NCBI GenBank assembly: GCA_039811685.1
Contig: JBDHZC010000004.1
Coordinates: 267,104 to 331,103, forward strand
Source of the DNA: Armatimonadota bacterium
Lineage (GTDB): Bacteria; Armatimonadota; UBA5829; DSUL01
Direction: 5' to 3'
DNA: 64,000 bases
Shown here: one piece after another, positions 35,642 through 44,294 of the stretch
Layout: each line of letters begins with the position of its first letter
How positions within the stretch are numbered: position 1 is the first letter of the stretch
The notes under the pieces: generated by a model
What the model was told of the DNA's origin: nothing
The model's database searches: none
The model's input: the letters and a program-made list of their open reading frames with translations, nothing else
Position numbers and translations under genes: made by a program

Positions 35642-37177
35642 TTGTCTCTGAAACTGAATGTCGCTTTGATCCGGTCTGCCAGAGCCGCAGCCGCCGGACT
35701 GGCGCTGGCCTTGTTGTCAGTCCCATCTGTGTCGGTTGGAGCCAACGTTGGCCCGATCATGGACCCGGTCATACAGCCGTATCCGGCCTACTTCGACTCC
35801 GGCCGGCCAATAACGGAGCAGCCCATAGCGGTGCCTGCTGGAAAGTCGCTCCTGGTCCCGTTGACAGCCTCAGATGCCGACGGCGACCCGTTGCGCTGGA
35901 TTGCCGCCGCTGGTAATCCCAGGATCATTCCCGGACTTATTCAGAAAGCTCCAGCTCTCAAGTTGACTGTGGACTACGGTTCTGGCACTGGAGAGATGGT
36001 CTTTCTTTTGTTCAAAGATCTGGCGCCAAACACTGTGCGCAACATCATCGGTCTGGTGAATGCCCACTATTACGATGGGCTGAAATTTCACAGGATTATT
36101 CAGAAGTTCATGGCGCAGGGAGGGGACAAGGCTGGCACGGGTTCAGGAGTCCCTCCATTTCAGTCTGACGATGAGTTCAACCCGAGCGCGATCTTCACCG
36201 GTCGCGGACAGCTTGCCATGGCGAACTCTGGAGACGATACAAACGGCACACAGTTTTTCGTGACGTTTGCGCCGCAGCGGCATCTCGACTTTCAGCACAC
36301 CATTTTCGGTCAGCTTGTACGCGGATGGGATACGCTGGCTAATATCGAATCCAAGGGCACTCCGGGCGGCACTCCGACGGAGACCGTCACCATTACCAAG
36401 GCCGAGATGATAATGGACCAGCAGGATGCTGTCCTGCGCCTGGGCGCAGCGCCAAGCAACCTGGTGCCGTGGAAAGGCTTTGTTACGGTGCGTTGCTATG
36501 ACGATCGAGGCGGTTACTTCACACGCGCTTTCGAGCCGCTATCCGAAGCAGACACTTCCAATTCTCGTCCTTATCTGACGCCCATCCCGGACTTCTACGC
36601 TAATCCCGGTCAGCATGTTCAGATTCCTCTGCGCGGTATAGATCTTGAGGGTGACGTCATCTACTATGCGGCAGCGTACGCGGATTTCTTCCCGCCAGGG
36701 GAAGAGATCCCGTTCAACGCTGATATCAATGGGCGAGTGGTTACTGTATCGCCAAAAAGCCCTTTTGAAGGTCCAGTCAATATCAAAGTTGGTGTTTCTG
36801 CGGTTGCTGACTACAGCGGCTGGAATGCCGGATGGGATACCCAAATCGTCCGTATCTGCTATGGAGAACAACCCATCACAGGTGTCGGCCGTAATGTAGG
36901 CGGTCAGGCGAACGTGCCTATCGCTGGTGCGCTGGTTGCCAATTTTGCGCATCCTGATGCCACCCGTACTCCGGGCACCTTCGGCGCCAAGATCAACTGG
37001 GGCGATGGTTCTGACTTGACTGATGGAGTCATCTCGCAGCCGTACGCCAACAAAGTGTTCTATGTCACTGGTAACCACACGTATACTGTTCCGGGACAGT
37101 TCCCTATAACTGTCACAGTGACCAGCGACAAGGGGCTGCGCCAGAAGGTTGAAGCCTACGCCAATATTGCCCCCTGA
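35642..37177 (+). CDS. Secreted cyclophilin-type peptidyl-prolyl cis-trans isomerase with Ig-like/PKD-like flanking domains
   Basis: TTG at 35642 lies 8 nt after GGAAAGGA and gives signal peptide MSLKLNVALIRSARAAAAGLALALLSVPSVSVGA. The cyclophilin core carries FHRIIQKFMAQGGD and LAMANSGDDTNGTQFF. The C-terminal segment is PKD-like (INWGDGSD...VTGNHTYTVPGQFPITVTV). Confidence 0.8.
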   Translation: MSLKLNVALIRSARAAAAGLALALLSVPSVSVGANVGPIMDPVIQPYPAYFDSGRPITEQPIAVPAGKSLLVPLTASDADGDPLRWIAAAGNPRIIPGLIQKAPALKLTVDYGSGTGEMVFLLFKDLAPNTVRNIIGLVNAHYYDGLKFHRIIQKFMAQGGDKAGTGSGVPPFQSDDEFNPSAIFTGRGQLAMANSGDDTNGTQFFVTFAPQRHLDFQHTIFGQLVRGWDTLANIESKGTPGGTPTETVTITKAEMIMDQQDAVLRLGAAPSNLVPWKGFVTVRCYDDRGGYFTRAFEPLSEADTSNSRPYLTPIPDFYANPGQHVQIPLRGIDLEGDVIYYAAAYADFFPPGEEIPFNADINGRVVTVSPKSPFEGPVNIKVGVSAVADYSGWNAGWDTQIVRICYGEQPITGVGRNVGGQANVPIAGALVANFAHPDATRTPGTFGAKINWGDGSDLTDGVISQPYANKVFYVTGNHTYTVPGQFPITVTVTSDKGLRQKVEAYANIAP

Positions 37178-37203
37178 CAGGCATCTTTCGTTTGATGTGA
37201 GAA

Positions 37204-37236
37204 GAGGCTGCTCCACACCAGAGCGGCCTCTTTTTG
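37204..37236 (+). terminator. Rho-independent terminator after the cyclophilin gene
   Basis: GAGGCTGCTC-cacacca-GAGCGGCCTC forms a 10-bp stem with one G-U pair, followed by TTTTTGC. Confidence 0.75.
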
Positions 37237-37305
37237 CTACGGTTCTTCGGACCATCGCCGCATGCGCGGAGTTCGCATCAGAACTCCATCGCATTTCGCC
37301 CTTCC

Positions 37306-38589
37306 ATGCGCTCTAGCGACACTTCTTCAACCAGCAATCCCCCGCGTCCAGTTTCCTCTCATCGCTTCCGATGTCCAGGGCTTCTGTGCGCGACCCTTCT
37401 GGGTTGCCTCATAGCCGTCATTGCCGGCCTGATATTTGTCTATCTGCGCAACAATCAGCCGCCCAAAGTCCCGGTTGTGACATGGATGGCTCCAGAAAAG
37501 AACAGCTTTCCCGCCCTTATGCAGGAGGCGGAAAAGCTGAATGCGCTGCAGCAGACAAATCCGCTTCGGTCGAAGAACAGCTCCGAGGCGGCCCTGCGGG
37601 CGTATGTAACGGCGGCTTCTCCAATCCTCGACAGAGTGCGAAATGCGTTGGATGAGCCGTGCGAGATGCTGCCAGAGATAAAGCCGGACGCCACTGCAAA
37701 ACCTTTGGCAAACTTTGAAACTCTGGTGTGGGCCTTTCGTGCGGAAGCCGAGCTTCATGCCCGAAACCGGCGCTACAGCCGGTCTATGCAGTCCACGCTG
37801 GACGCTCTTCAGCTTGCTGTTAAGCTTCCAAAGGGTGGGGGACTGGATGCGGTAATCACCGGAGAAAGGCTTCAGCAGATCAGCCTGGCTGGTGCGGAAG
37901 AAGTTCTGCCGAGGCTCATTTGGCCTTCTCTCCGAAAGACCGTGCAGCGTCTGCGAGACATTCAGGGCATGCGCCCGCCGCTTGCGCAGAACATCCAGCA
38001 CGACGCTTTGTGGTCTGAAGTCAGGTACGCTACTCTCTTTCAGGACTCTTCCAATCGCACGGTTTCAGGGCTGAGGAAGCTGTCGAAGCGTGACCCGGGT
38101 CTCGGATTTATCGGCTCCATACACTACAACTTCTCAAACAAGCGGGCTCTGATTGCTGAAAACACAGCCTATCTGAACCGTCTCGCCAGAGAGGCGGAGA
38201 AGCCTTTTTATCAACGGAGGCCGGTTTTCAGACCTTCGAATCCGATTGCGGACCACCTGGGTGACTACCAGAAAGCCGCCCGCATCGACTGTGCGAGCCG
38301 AGCCGTCGTGTCTCTGCTTCAAATCCAGGCAGCTCTGCGACTGTATCATCTTCAGAGAGATGATTATCCGCGCACTCTGGATGCGCTGGTTTCTGAATAT
38401 ATCCCAAGCCTGCCGGAAGATCCGTTTACAGGAAAGCCGTTTCACTACCAGCGTCTGAAGAAAAGTGTTTATCGTCTTTACAGTGTGGGAGCGAACATGA
38501 AAGACGATCACGGAAAGGCTGGAGGGTGGGGTTCACTCTCGGGAGATCTCGTCTCAGGTAATCTGAGTTCTCGAAAAACGCTCGAATGA
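37306..38589 (+). CDS. Hypothetical membrane-anchored protein
   Basis: I chose ATG at 37306 because the track start 37234 lies inside the upstream terminator. There is a single N-terminal TM helix (LLCATLLGCLIAVIAGLIFVYL). No family was recognised and no clear SD is present. Confidence 0.55.
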   Translation: MRSSDTSSTSNPPRPVSSHRFRCPGLLCATLLGCLIAVIAGLIFVYLRNNQPPKVPVVTWMAPEKNSFPALMQEAEKLNALQQTNPLRSKNSSEAALRAYVTAASPILDRVRNALDEPCEMLPEIKPDATAKPLANFETLVWAFRAEAELHARNRRYSRSMQSTLDALQLAVKLPKGGGLDAVITGERLQQISLAGAEEVLPRLIWPSLRKTVQRLRDIQGMRPPLAQNIQHDALWSEVRYATLFQDSSNRTVSGLRKLSKRDPGLGFIGSIHYNFSNKRALIAENTAYLNRLAREAEKPFYQRRPVFRPSNPIADHLGDYQKAARIDCASRAVVSLLQIQAALRLYHLQRDDYPRTLDALVSEYIPSLPEDPFTGKPFHYQRLKKSVYRLYSVGANMKDDHGKAGGWGSLSGDLVSGNLSSRKTLE

Positions 38590-38611
38590 GAAGAACTCCG
38601 GGTAGGCGCCC

Positions 38612-39328
38612 TCACGGGCAATTCCCGGAAGCGCGCTGATAGAGCAGCATTCGTCCGTCCCTTCCCACCTCGTCGAGGCAACCCGCTTTTTTCAGGCAGT
38701 AAAGAACCTTACGAGTCTGCCATACAGGCTTTCCCAGCGCTTCCGCAGCGTCCCGGCTGGTGAACGGATCGGACAGGCTATCTGGCAGGAGAGACAGGAG
38801 GTCCGAAGGGTTTTCAAAGCATCTGCGCTCCAGGACTTCCAGCAGCTTTCTGTCCAGAATGCTTGCGCCTTTGCGCCGCCAGCTTCCGCGTCCGTCCTCA
38901 CAGCGGATTTCTTCGTCCCTTACCAGCAGGACTTCCAGAGTGAAATTTGGATGCTGGAGTATCTCTGGAAAGCGCAGCAGTTCGTCACACACATCCAACA
39001 CGCACCCTCTCTTTGGTGAGCGCCTGCGACTGAGCACCTCTCCCTCTGTAGAAATCCGCGTGAGAGTCCTCTCGGTGGCAACTGGATAGACCAGGCGCAC
39101 CGGGCGCTCTGTAAGCAGCGCATAGAGTTTTTTCTTGATTGCGTAAAAGCTCCGAGTCTGAATCTCCAGCGCTGTGCGCCCCCGCAGGATGTCCACCTGA
39201 AAACCCTGCACCTGCGCCTCAAGCACATCCCCTTCGCGCGCATACCAGCGCTTTACCGCCGCGTGCAGCGACTTCTCCTGGTAAGTGCCTATGGATTGAG
39301 GAGTCACTCCGTCCGAGCCTGCCCTCAC
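38612..39328 (-). CDS. Hypothetical protein, possible PD-(D/E)XK nuclease-like N-domain plus winged-helix C-domain
   Basis: GFQVDILRGRTALEIQT is a D...E-x-Q/K-like pattern. The C-terminal segment (TSRDAAEALGKPVWQTRKVLYCLKKAGCLDEV) looks like a wHTH. The GTG start overlaps the stop of the upstream GH10 gene (GTGA). Confidence 0.5.
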   Translation of the reverse strand: MRAGSDGVTPQSIGTYQEKSLHAAVKRWYAREGDVLEAQVQGFQVDILRGRTALEIQTRSFYAIKKKLYALLTERPVRLVYPVATERTLTRISTEGEVLSRRRSPKRGCVLDVCDELLRFPEILQHPNFTLEVLLVRDEEIRCEDGRGSWRRKGASILDRKLLEVLERRCFENPSDLLSLLPDSLSDPFTSRDAAEALGKPVWQTRKVLYCLKKAGCLDEVGRDGRMLLYQRASGNCP

Positions 39329-40620
39329 CGAAGCCGCACCGTCAGAGCATTTTTGCCGCTGGCCGAAATATGGAGGGTGTCGTGGACCTTGGTATTTCCA
39401 TGTGTAACTGTAACGGAGTACCTGCCATGAAAACCTCGGACAGAAAATCTCCCGCGTCTGTCCGTCTGACCGCTAGCGTTAGTCATCCATTCGTGGTTAA
39501 TCAGCCTGTCGAGCTCTCTGTAGGCGGGCTTTGGTGTCCAGTCCTTTGCGATGATACCACCCTGCGGCAGCCAGGAAGCGCCGTCCCACATCGCCCAGAG
39601 CGTTATCGCTTTGACGTTCGGATAGCTGAACGCAAGTGTGTAGTAGTAGCGGTAGTACTGTCCCTGAAACTCCGGTGTCCACGTTCCTTTGACAAAGGTG
39701 GAGTTCACGGGTTTTGCGTCTGAGGGAAGCATCATCTCCGTAATGTGGATGTCTCTGCCAGCGCTGGCCAGATGATCGAACATCTCAAATATCTGCTCAG
39801 GACTGGGGACATGTGGCGGGTCGTGTGCCTGCTCACCAAGCCCGTTGATCGGCGCCCCCTGCCGGATAGCGCTCTGGCACAAAGCAGCGAACTTTTGAGC
39901 GCCACTGTCCCACTGATTTCCATACTCGTTCACCAGCAGCAGTGCGTTTGGGTCTACCTCGTGTGCCCATTGCAGCGCTTTAGTCATATAGTCTGGCCCT
40001 ATCTTCTCTTCAAACCAGTGGCAGTGGAGTGGCTCGTTCACCACATCCCAGGCAGCGATGCGACCCTTATATCGCCCAACTACGTCCAGAATATGCTGTC
40101 GCGTTTTTCGCGTGATTTCCTCCGGTGGGTATTGAGCCAACCACTCAGGGTAGCCCCACTTCGCATACCCCCAGACGAGAGTGTGCCCCTTCACAGCGAT
40201 ACGGTGCTTTTCTGCCCAGTCGAGAAAGCTGTCTGCCATCCCGTAGCGCGTCTGGCCCTCCTCTGGCTCCAGATTCTGCCATTTGAGCATATTCTCCGTG
40301 GTTGCGTAGTTGAACAGTTTCAGATAGTAGCGCTCAAACTGCGCCCAGTCTCTCGGGTTGGGCTGTTGCCGCTTTATGTTCCAGGATGGAAAGGCGCATC
40401 CGAACAGGAAGTCGTGAGTTTTCTGCCGCAACGTGACTGTTGCGCCGGGCACGGCTCTGCCGGATTCATCCACAACCGCAATAACGCAATCTGACTTACG
40501 ATTGCGCTCGATCCCTTGAGAAACACGCTTCGCCCAGTCTGCTGACAATGGCAGCCCGGCGTCGAGACACCAGCCCGAGAGTGGCAAATACAGAAGCAGT
40601 GTGACGAAAAGCACTTTCAT
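39325..40620 (-). CDS. Secreted endo-1,4-beta-xylanase, glycoside hydrolase family 10
   Basis: GH10 segments are FNYATTENMLKW, KGHTLVW, WDVVNEP (acid/base), INGLGEQAH and IHITEM (nucleophile). ATG at 40620 gives signal peptide MKVLFVTLLLYLPLSGW. Confidence 0.9.
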   Translation of the reverse strand: MKVLFVTLLLYLPLSGWCLDAGLPLSADWAKRVSQGIERNRKSDCVIAVVDESGRAVPGATVTLRQKTHDFLFGCAFPSWNIKRQQPNPRDWAQFERYYLKLFNYATTENMLKWQNLEPEEGQTRYGMADSFLDWAEKHRIAVKGHTLVWGYAKWGYPEWLAQYPPEEITRKTRQHILDVVGRYKGRIAAWDVVNEPLHCHWFEEKIGPDYMTKALQWAHEVDPNALLLVNEYGNQWDSGAQKFAALCQSAIRQGAPINGLGEQAHDPPHVPSPEQIFEMFDHLASAGRDIHITEMMLPSDAKPVNSTFVKGTWTPEFQGQYYRYYYTLAFSYPNVKAITLWAMWDGASWLPQGGIIAKDWTPKPAYRELDRLINHEWMTNASGQTDRRGRFSVRGFHGRYSVTVTHGNTKVHDTLHISASGKNALTVRLR

Positions 40621-41010
40621 GGAACAAGCCTCACGAGAACTGTCTTTCTCCACCTTTGCTCTCACACCTGGGCAGTTCCTCTACCGCAAATCAAGAGGGT
40701 CTTAGAAAACAGTCACTTTTGCCAGTTACACTGGAGTTCGCCATTCGATACCATAGAGTTAGCCTATTTTGCTGGCACGAGTCTGATCACCAGACTCGCT
40801 CCGGACGGCGGCGCTTGCATGGAGCCGCCTTCATCTGAAAACGGAGATGCGGCGTGACCAACCGTCAACACGCGCCGCAAAAAAACCCCAGGCCTCCGGG
40901 CGCCGGAGCTGTCTAGCTATCTCAGCGCTTCCTCACGAGAGCAATATCCGAGTGCGGAGCTCTTCTTGAGGACCAGGCGATCATTCCAACGAGAGAAAGA
41001 GAGTCATATC

Positions 41011-41625
41011 TTGAAACGCGCATTCATCACAGTTGCCATACTTGCCGCCACCTGCTTCGCCGGACTCTCCAGCGTGCATGCGGGTACTTATACTTTTCAG
41101 CCCAATCCCGTAGATCTGTACGATCTGGATCACTATTACAACTACCTGTGGGGCGTGGGCTGGCAGACTCCTGCCGGCGAAACTATCACCAACGCCACCC
41201 TCACCATTAAGAACATCAACAACTGGACGCTTGAGAGGGACAACAACTGGCTGTATATGCACCTGATTGACAACGCGCCGACAGGCGTGAAGAGCAGCTG
41301 GGACAATGAGAGCAACGGCGATGAGTTCGCCCACGCCGGCCCGCTCATTGACGTTTACACAGACAACGACACCAAGGCCCACACACTCACATATGACTTC
41401 AGCCAACTGGGATTGGTGCCTTACCTGCAGAGCTACGCTGCCGACGGCAAGTGGGGCATCGGTTTCGATCCGGATTGCCACTACTTCAACGACGGCATTA
41501 AGCTCGTGGTCTGCACCACGACCTCGACCACGCCGCCCCCGCCGGTCCCCGAGCCGATGACCATGGTCATGAGCTTCATGGGACTCAGCTCCCTGGGCGC
41601 CATTCGCCGGCTGCGACGCGGCTAG
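41011..41625 (+). CDS. PEP-CTERM protein of unknown function
   Basis: TTG at 41011 gives signal peptide MKRAFITVAILAATCFAGLSSVHA. The C-terminal PPPPVPEPMTMVMSFMGLSSLGAIRRLRRG is a PEP-CTERM tail. Confidence 0.7.
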   Translation: MKRAFITVAILAATCFAGLSSVHAGTYTFQPNPVDLYDLDHYYNYLWGVGWQTPAGETITNATLTIKNINNWTLERDNNWLYMHLIDNAPTGVKSSWDNESNGDEFAHAGPLIDVYTDNDTKAHTLTYDFSQLGLVPYLQSYAADGKWGIGFDPDCHYFNDGIKLVVCTTTSTTPPPPVPEPMTMVMSFMGLSSLGAIRRLRRG

Positions 41626-41668
41626 AATCCCGCGACAACTTTAGTCTCCAAATAGCTCTAACTCAGAC

Positions 41669-41706
41669 GCCGGAGAGCCAGTGTGGCTTCTCCGGCGCTT
41701 TTTTTG
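41669..41706 (+). terminator. Rho-independent terminator after the PEP-CTERM gene
   Basis: GCCGGAGAGCCA-gtg-TGGCTTCTCCGGC forms a long, nearly perfect stem followed by GCTTTTTTTG. Confidence 0.8.
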
Positions 41707-41748
41707 TCTCCATCCTGCGACCGGACAACCACAACTGTGGCAGGAAAG

Positions 41749-42360
41749 ATGCAGGTGGTGGCGAACACAATCGTGCGGCCATTTCGTGCCCTGGGAGGCC
41801 TTGTGATCTGGGTCATCGTGCTGGCATGCTTTATCGCTGTCAGCCTTCTTGTTTTTTACAACCGATTAGTATCTTTGCGTGTGAGGGCTTCAAACGCGTG
41901 GGCGGATATCGACGTTCAGCTCAAACGCCGCCACGACCTTGTTCCAAATCTCATTGCCGTGGTGCAGGGCTACGCAGCTCACGAAAAAGCTATCTTCGAG
42001 GACGTTGCCAGATACCGCGCCCAGGCGCTGGATGCAACCGATCCACGGGAAACTGATACTGCTGAGTCTCAGCTTACGAGTGGCATCAAGAGCCTCTTCG
42101 CCATCGCAGAGAACTACCCCAATCTGCGGGCCGATGAGAACTTCCGCAAACTTCAGGATCAGCTTGCGGAGGTTGAAAACAACATCCAGTACGCGCGCCG
42201 TTACTATAACGCGGTCGTGCGCGACTACAACACCGCCACAGAGCTTTTCCCGAGCCGGCTTGTCGCCAGCGCTTTTGGTTTCAAGAGGCTCGCCTACTTT
42301 CAGGCCGAAGCAGAAGCTCGCGGCGCGGTCACGTTCAGCTTGACGGACAAACAGAATTGA
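41749..42360 (+). CDS. lemA: LemA family protein
   Basis: It has an N-terminal TM helix. [32 protein letters not shown] and [12 protein letters not shown] are typical of LemA. I chose ATG at 41749. Confidence 0.85.
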   Translation: MQVVANTIVRPFRALGGLVIWVIVLACFIAVSLLVFYNRLVSLRVRASNAWADIDVQLKRRHDLVPNLIAVVQGYAAHEKAIFEDVARYRAQALDATDPRETDTAESQLTSGIKSLFAIAENYPNLRADENFRKLQDQLAEVENNIQYARRYYNAVVRDYNTATELFPSRLVASAFGFKRLAYFQAEAEARGAVTFSLTDKQN

Positions 42361-44078
42361 AAAAGGCGCTTCTCACACTCATCGTCCTCCTGTCCATCGC
42401 ATCGCCATGTCTGGCCGAACAGATGGCGAAAATGAATGTGGACATCCAGGTAAACAAAGACGCCAGCTTCACTGTCGAGGAAGACATGCTGATGGACTTT
42501 GGGGTCGAGGAGCGGCACGGCATTTACCGGGATATTCATCTGCGCGATCGCACCTCTCACGGGACAAACCGCAGTATTCGCGTCAAAGTCCTGAGTGTGA
42601 CAAACGGCATCGGCGGCGCCAGGCCTTACACCCTCTCCCGTCATGGAGATTCTCTGCGGGTACGAATAGGCGATCCAGACACTCTGGTCTCAGGCACTCA
42701 ACGCTACGTAGTAACCTACGTGGTCAGGAACGCTTTGCTGTTCTGGCCGGACTACGATGAGCTCTACTGGAACGCCACTGGAGACCAGTGGCAGTTTCCG
42801 ATCCAGAGCGCTGCGTGCGCAGTGCATCTGCCTCCGGACGTCCCGGAGGCAAAAGTCCGTATCAACGCCTTCCTGGGCATTTACGGGTCTACGGAGCAGG
42901 CGCAGTTTCGTAAGATGGATCACGGCGGGCGTTTTTGGAGCCCGCGGCCGCTCCAACTCCAAGAGCAGTTGACCGTTGCTCTGGCGTGGCCCAAGGGGTA
43001 CGTTACGCCGGTCAGCACACTGCAGAAGATCGTCTGGTTTGCGACTGACAACGTTTTCGCGTTTCTGCCGCCCATCTATCTTGCAGGACTGATATTCATC
43101 TGGGCGCGGGTGGGAAGAGATCCGGATGTGGACCTGTCGGAAACCGTCCGCTATGAACCGCCGGATGATTTGCGCCCCGGGGAGGTCGGGACCCTTCTGG
43201 ACGAAAGAGCTGATCTTGTGGACATCACTTCAACAGTTGTGGATCTCGCGGTGCGCGGCTATCTCAAAATCGTTGAAGTTGAGGCGAAGGGTTGGTTTGG
43301 CAGGACGACTTACCGGCTTGAAAAGGTGGAGGCAGGCGACAAGGCAGATCGCCGCGGTGGTCTCTCGGACTTCGAGAAAACCATGTACAACAAGATCTTC
43401 TCGCTGGGAGACAGCGTAGATACCGACGATCTGAAGAATCACTTCTACACGGAGTTGCCGACGCTGAAGTCGCAGCTGTACCTCTCAATGACTAAGCACG
43501 GCTATTTCCGGTCCAATCCAGACAGCGTCCGCAATGGATACGGGGCCGCAGGAATTGTTCTGCTGATTGGGGGGCTGGTCCTGATGCTGGTGCTTTTTGG
43601 GGACGACTCCCTGATATCGCCGTGGTGGGGCGCAAGTATTGCGCTGTGTGGCATCTTTACAATCATCGCTTCACCTGCCATGCCGCAGAAAACCGCTCGC
43701 GGACGCCGGGCCTATGTGGACGCCAGAGGTTTCGAGGAATACCTCCGCCGCGCCGAGATTGCCGACATCCAGCTTCAGGAGAAGAAGAACTTATTCGAGA
43801 CCTTCCTGCCCTATGCAGTTGCTTTGGGCGTGGCGGAGAAGTGGGCCCGCGCATTTGCCGGAATCTATACGGAGCCTCCTGAATGGTATTCAGGAACCAG
43901 CTTCAGCAGTGGTTTCCAGCCGGTCTATTTCGCGCGCTCGCTGGGCGGAGCGATGAACAGCGTCGGCTCAGCGATGGTTACGGCTCCGCGTTCAGCGTCC
44001 AGCGGCGGTAGCTCGTTTGGTGGAGGTGGAGGCTCCTCCGGTGGTGGTTTCGGCGGTGGCGGCGGCGGCTCCTGGTAG
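42357..44078 (+). CDS. DUF2207-like membrane protein (usual LemA partner)
   Basis: The TTG start overlaps the lemA stop (TTGA). It has signal peptide [20 protein letters not shown], internal TM helices and a Gly/Ser-rich tail ([24 protein letters not shown]). The family is named from memory of this architecture. Confidence 0.7.
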   Translation: MKKALLTLIVLLSIASPCLAEQMAKMNVDIQVNKDASFTVEEDMLMDFGVEERHGIYRDIHLRDRTSHGTNRSIRVKVLSVTNGIGGARPYTLSRHGDSLRVRIGDPDTLVSGTQRYVVTYVVRNALLFWPDYDELYWNATGDQWQFPIQSAACAVHLPPDVPEAKVRINAFLGIYGSTEQAQFRKMDHGGRFWSPRPLQLQEQLTVALAWPKGYVTPVSTLQKIVWFATDNVFAFLPPIYLAGLIFIWARVGRDPDVDLSETVRYEPPDDLRPGEVGTLLDERADLVDITSTVVDLAVRGYLKIVEVEAKGWFGRTTYRLEKVEAGDKADRRGGLSDFEKTMYNKIFSLGDSVDTDDLKNHFYTELPTLKSQLYLSMTKHGYFRSNPDSVRNGYGAAGIVLLIGGLVLMLVLFGDDSLISPWWGASIALCGIFTIIASPAMPQKTARGRRAYVDARGFEEYLRRAEIADIQLQEKKNLFETFLPYAVALGVAEKWARAFAGIYTEPPEWYSGTSFSSGFQPVYFARSLGGAMNSVGSAMVTAPRSASSGGSSFGGGGGSSGGGFGGGGGGSW

Positions 44079-44294
44079 CTACCAACCTGCGACAGAGAAT
44101 TCGCACACGCATAGAATCCTGAGGGCGCCTGGAATTTAGGCCTTCGAGCCTGCACTTCCTGTTCGCGCGGGAATGGGAGGCGCGACGGCTTGACCGCAAA
44201 GCGTGTTCAGGTGTACCCTATAAGTAGCGACGCGGTCGTACCAGACGCTTCTGCAGCGTCTGGCATCGCCGTTTGTGTGAAAGAATCTGGCCCA

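Noticed and set aside
40849-40908. Two adjacent GC hairpins around an A7/T7 run (GCGGCGTG...CACGCGCCGC, then CTCCGG-gcg-CCGGAG), looking like a minus-strand terminator.
   Set aside because: No minus-strand gene lies upstream of it, because the neighbouring gene at 41011 is on the plus strand. The T-run is 8 nt from the stem. I left it unannotated, although it may insulate the xylanase promoter region.
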